A DNA stretch of 58,232 nt. It comes from a virus (taxonomy: Duplodnaviria; Heunggongvirae; Uroviricota; Caudoviricetes). Below the pieces are notes generated by a model that worked only from the letters and a program-made list of their open reading frames with translations, did no database searches and had not been told where the DNA came from. Location: positions 64,001-122,232 of IMG/VR virus record IMGVR_UViG_3300044843_000700; one strand, given 5' to 3'. Made by a program: the position numbers and the translations under genes. Numbering within the stretch: position 1 is the stretch's first letter; every line of letters begins with the position of its first letter. Shown one piece after another: positions 56,003 through 58,232 of this stretch.

Positions 56003-56307
56003 TGGTTGGCCCTTGAGATTCAGTCCGGGCACTAGGATACGAGCCTAGATGAGTTGTACCTCACCGCAGTTTGAACTTAGTTTCCCTCTCTAGTCGTCCC
56101 GTTGCAGAGACACCACTCGTTAACCCATGAGCTTACGCTGGGGAAAAGTATTGCAACTTTTCGGCTGTCACATCGGTCGCGCCATGTGCCTACATTTTTA
56201 CTTCCTCCTGGAGATTTCGTTCTCCGCGTTCACCCCGTGAAGCTTGGGTCTCATCACCACTAACCATCCTTGATGAGCAATTCTAATGGATGACCTGGTC
56301 TGCTTCT
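56003..56307 (-). ncRNA. Candidate ~305-nt structured ncRNA ending in CCA
   Basis: Gap with no ORF of 60 aa or more in the track, in an otherwise tightly packed operon; many hairpins; 3' end ...GCCAACCA abuts the mini-tRNA. Confidence 0.5.
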
Positions 56308-56604
56308 TTAATTCAAGATACACCAGTCTTCAGCAAGCATATCTGTCTGAGAGGCTAACCACCCAGTAAGAATCTTTTTATCCGCAGTAAACATTCGGAT
56401 GCTTCCGAGTGCTTCAAATGAATCACCACCGATTTCTTTCTCGATTACTTCCCGTAAAGCGGGGTCATGAATGGCCTTAGTAGGAACCGTTCCGGCTGGT
56501 AATAAGAAAAGGAACATGTTCTTTCCATTCCATCCTGTACGTGCTACACGTTTTCCTTGTTTGAGAGCTTCTATAGCATCTCCGAACTTCAAGTTCTCTT
56601 GCAT
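56308..56604 (-). CDS. DUF2829 / Tad2-like anti-defence sponge protein (probable start MQENL at 56604)
   Basis: FGDAIEALKQG..V.R.GWNGKNMFLFL...TAD.KI...W.ASQTD.LAEDW signature of the DUF2829/Tad2 family. Confidence 0.85.
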   Translation of the reverse strand: MQENLKFGDAIEALKQGKRVARTGWNGKNMFLFLLPAGTVPTKAIHDPALREVIEKEIGGDSFEALGSIRMFTADKKILTGWLASQTDMLAEDWCILN

Positions 56605-56624
56605 GATAGTTGTTTTTAAGTTAG

Positions 56625-56740
56625 GGAGGACGGTAGGATTCGAACCTACGACACACGGCACCAAAAGCAGTTAAGTTGCTGAGGTAACCTTTAAAACAGG
56701 CTACACATATACGTTGCTCTACCACTGAGCTACGTCCTCC
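56625..56740 (-). tRNA. Atypical tRNA (UUG anticodon, Gln-reading; His-like G-1:C73) with a 43-nt insertion in the anticodon stem
   Basis: G-GAGGACG/CGTCCTC-C acceptor, GCTC-AGTGGTA-GAGC D-arm, GTAGG-TTCGAAT-CCTAC T-arm; deleting 56669-56711 gives ACGGC-TTTTGGT-GCCGT and a 73-nt tRNA. Confidence 0.75.
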
Positions 56741-56750
56741 ATTTATGTTA

Positions 56751-56822
56751 GACCCTGACCCGGATTCGAACCGGTAAGTCCATGTTTTATAAAGCTTGCA
56801 TGCAGAGGCTTCAACACAGGGT
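56751..56822 (-). tRNA. Degenerate tRNA-like element (pseudo-tRNA)
   Basis: ACCCTG/CAGGGT acceptor, CCGG-TTCGAAT-CCGG T-arm, weak D-arm, anticodon stem interrupted by CAAGC. Confidence 0.45.
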
Positions 56823-56892
56823 TTATTCCACACCGCTTTTCCATTCCGAGAGTGGTGAGCTCTCAACCGGTCCGTATATCGCCGGGGCATCT

Positions 56893-57270
56893 TTAGTCTT
56901 TTAGTTCTGTCCAGAATTGCTTGACCTGATTGTCTGTCATTTCTCCTTTGAGAAAGGCCATACACATGTCATAAAGAGTTTTCCATCTCCATTCTTTGGG
57001 CATAGGTTGTAGCGCATTCCAATGATTACTTGAGAATCTCCATCCTGCGCTTCCCATACGAAAAGTTACACACCAGATTTTAGCATCTCGACTATCGTAT
57101 ACACTGTCAATGTACTTTATATTCAGACCATGTGCACCAAACTTGCCCATGTTGTGGTAGATTTTGTTTCGGTCTTTTACCTGTTCATCCGACATCCATA
57201 GTGCAAACTTGTGATATTTTTGAGCAAAGTTCACAACCTCAGCAAACTGTTCAATAGTCATCGCTTCCAT
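56893..57270 (-). CDS. Hypothetical protein
   Basis: 125-aa ORF. Confidence 0.65.
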   Translation of the reverse strand: MEAMTIEQFAEVVNFAQKYHKFALWMSDEQVKDRNKIYHNMGKFGAHGLNIKYIDSVYDSRDAKIWCVTFRMGSAGWRFSSNHWNALQPMPKEWRWKTLYDMCMAFLKGEMTDNQVKQFWTELKD

Positions 57271-57998
57271 AGCTTCTTTGTTTTTGCGATTTGTGTGAGT
57301 TTTCTCCTGTTAAACAGGATAGGAAGTTGCCACTTGGAATCAGCTACGAGGCTTTCCGCATACTTACCTTGCATCTTGATCTTCTTAAAAGGCTTTCCCT
57401 TTTGAGTCAGTAAGATTGCAAAAGCTCTTTTGTAGAGCTTCTTTATCTTGCGAGGAGTACGCTTTTCCTGTAGCCATCTGCTGAGATACTTCTTAGGAAT
57501 ATTCTGTGCATGCTTCTTGCAGTAGATGTTACCTTTGGTATCGCTCATCCAGTTAGTAGGAACTTTGCACTTACAACACTTGTTCAGTATAGGAAGAACT
57601 CCCGATTTAGAAAGAGTGCAGCGTTTACAGTATCCATAACCATCTTTCCTACCACGAGCTTCAAACTCATGTCCGGGACAGTTAAGAATACCGAGCCATT
57701 TCTGATAAGCTTTTTCTTCAGCTTCTTCCACTGTTTTACCTTCGCCTCTGATAAAGCATGAAGGATTCTTAGGAAAAGCCTCGAAGAAAGCTGTAGTGTA
57801 AGTTTCTTCATGAGCTGTGGCTTCAGCCAATTCTTCTAGAGGATTTTCTCCTCCTAGTACTTTACCTAAGGAACCTTTTCCACCTAGGACAATACCTGAG
57901 TCGCCGCATTGCACTCCGCAATCTTCTGGCCATGGTTGAAGACAATCATAAGGTTTACCGAATGATCTTCGTGCTTGTTTTTGAGTTTGTGTTTCCAT
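57258..57998 (-). CDS. Conserved phage protein with Cys/His zinc-finger-like motifs
   Basis: FFEAFP...FIRGEG; C.GHEF...C..C; CCKC...YCKKH. Confidence 0.65.
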   Translation of the reverse strand: METQTQKQARRSFGKPYDCLQPWPEDCGVQCGDSGIVLGGKGSLGKVLGGENPLEELAEATAHEETYTTAFFEAFPKNPSCFIRGEGKTVEEAEEKAYQKWLGILNCPGHEFEARGRKDGYGYCKRCTLSKSGVLPILNKCCKCKVPTNWMSDTKGNIYCKKHAQNIPKKYLSRWLQEKRTPRKIKKLYKRAFAILLTQKGKPFKKIKMQGKYAESLVADSKWQLPILFNRRKLTQIAKTKKLWKR

Positions 57999-58219
57999 TA
58001 CCAGTCCTGATTAGGTGCTTCATCTTTGACAATAACTTTTCCCTCTTTGTTGAGTTCAGCGTTGAAGTAAGCCTTTGGGCGACCCTTAAGCACCTTCATT
58101 AAAGGCTCGACTTCATCACGCTTATCAGTCTCATAATAGACCCTTCTTGAACGGTCGTAAATAAGACAGCGCCCTATTCCATCAGAGGAAAACTGGCTGG
58201 ATTGTATTTTGACAATCAT
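57998..58219 (-). CDS. Hypothetical protein
   Basis: 73-aa ORF with TAATG-type coupling to the downstream gene. Confidence 0.6.
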   Translation of the reverse strand: MIVKIQSSQFSSDGIGRCLIYDRSRRVYYETDKRDEVEPLMKVLKGRPKAYFNAELNKEGKVIVKDEAPNQDW

Positions 58220-58232
58220 AACTTAGCTTTTT

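Noticed and set aside
56215-56260. Hammerhead ribozyme (GTGATGAG...GAAC)
   Set aside because: Core deviates (GUGAUGA instead of CUGANGA, GAAC instead of GAAA) and TGATGAG pairs better with upstream CTCATCA.
55939-56307. Standard or permuted tmRNA
   Set aside because: Both acceptor strands lie within the 64-nt element, and no tag reading frame ending in ALAA-like residues was found in the 305-nt region.
56003-56307. RNase P RNA, SRP RNA or group I intron
   Set aside because: Only partial resemblances (GAAGCAGACCAG start, ACGACTAG); the conserved GAGGAAAGUCC/P4 partner, SRP domain IV order and P7 partner (UAGUC) are missing.
56669-56711. Archaeal-type BHB intron in the tRNA
   Set aside because: The required 4-bp central helix (GCAA with TTAA) does not form.
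56664-56800. Ochre-suppressor (UUA) anticodon readings in the insert loop ACTTAAC or in element 56751-56822
   Set aside because: No U33 or no paired stem in those registers, and TAA is the main stop codon here.
56621-56965. 114-aa - strand ORF from the track
   Set aside because: Overlaps both tRNA-like elements and has no protein-like features; likely spurious.
1-58232. Stop-codon reassignment (common in some crAss-like phages)
   Set aside because: The giant ORFs and enzymes are intact and tightly packed under the standard code; no fragmentation at TAG or TGA.
1-58232. Integrase, transposase, reverse transcriptase/DGR, homing endonuclease, endolysin
   Set aside because: No corresponding catalytic motifs were recognised in any ORF of this window.

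Overview
This 58.2 kb window looks like part of a crAss-like (Crassvirales-type) Bacteroidota phage genome and uses the standard code. On the + strand (1-32837) lie the 3' part of a tail muzzle-like gene, three cargo-type virion genes and three giant ejection proteins (1638, 3488, 2665 aa). The 3488-aa protein carries the DFDID catalytic motif of crAss-type virion RNA polymerases. A bidirectional terminator at about 32.87 kb separates this block from a - strand replication/early block: NTP-PPase, PolB, PD-(D/E)xK nuclease, MoxR + VWA pair, RuvC-like resolvase, primase, SSB-like, AAA_24, DnaB, DnaA-domain-IV protein, UDG, NinB-like, WGR-DNA ligase and many small ORFs. A + strand holin/spanin-like cassette is embedded in it, along with several Bacteroidota-type TTTG-N20/21-TAnnTTTG promoters. 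Top observations: (1) by eye, the three giant proteins contain only four Cys in 7791 residues, all at the two gene junctions, suggesting a head-to-tail disulfide chain; (2) a Tad2-like anti-defence gene is flanked by atypical RNAs, namely a 305-nt structured RNA ending in CCA, a 64-nt Ala-identity mini-tRNA, a His-body/Gln-anticodon tRNA with a 43-nt insert and a degenerate tRNA; (3) a 25-aa motif is shared by three genes, two of which flank MoxR-VWA; (4) an AT-rich nested peptide cassette sits in one ejection protein and a long beta-hairpin-like insert sits in MoxR. All family assignments come from motif recognition by eye; no database search was run.
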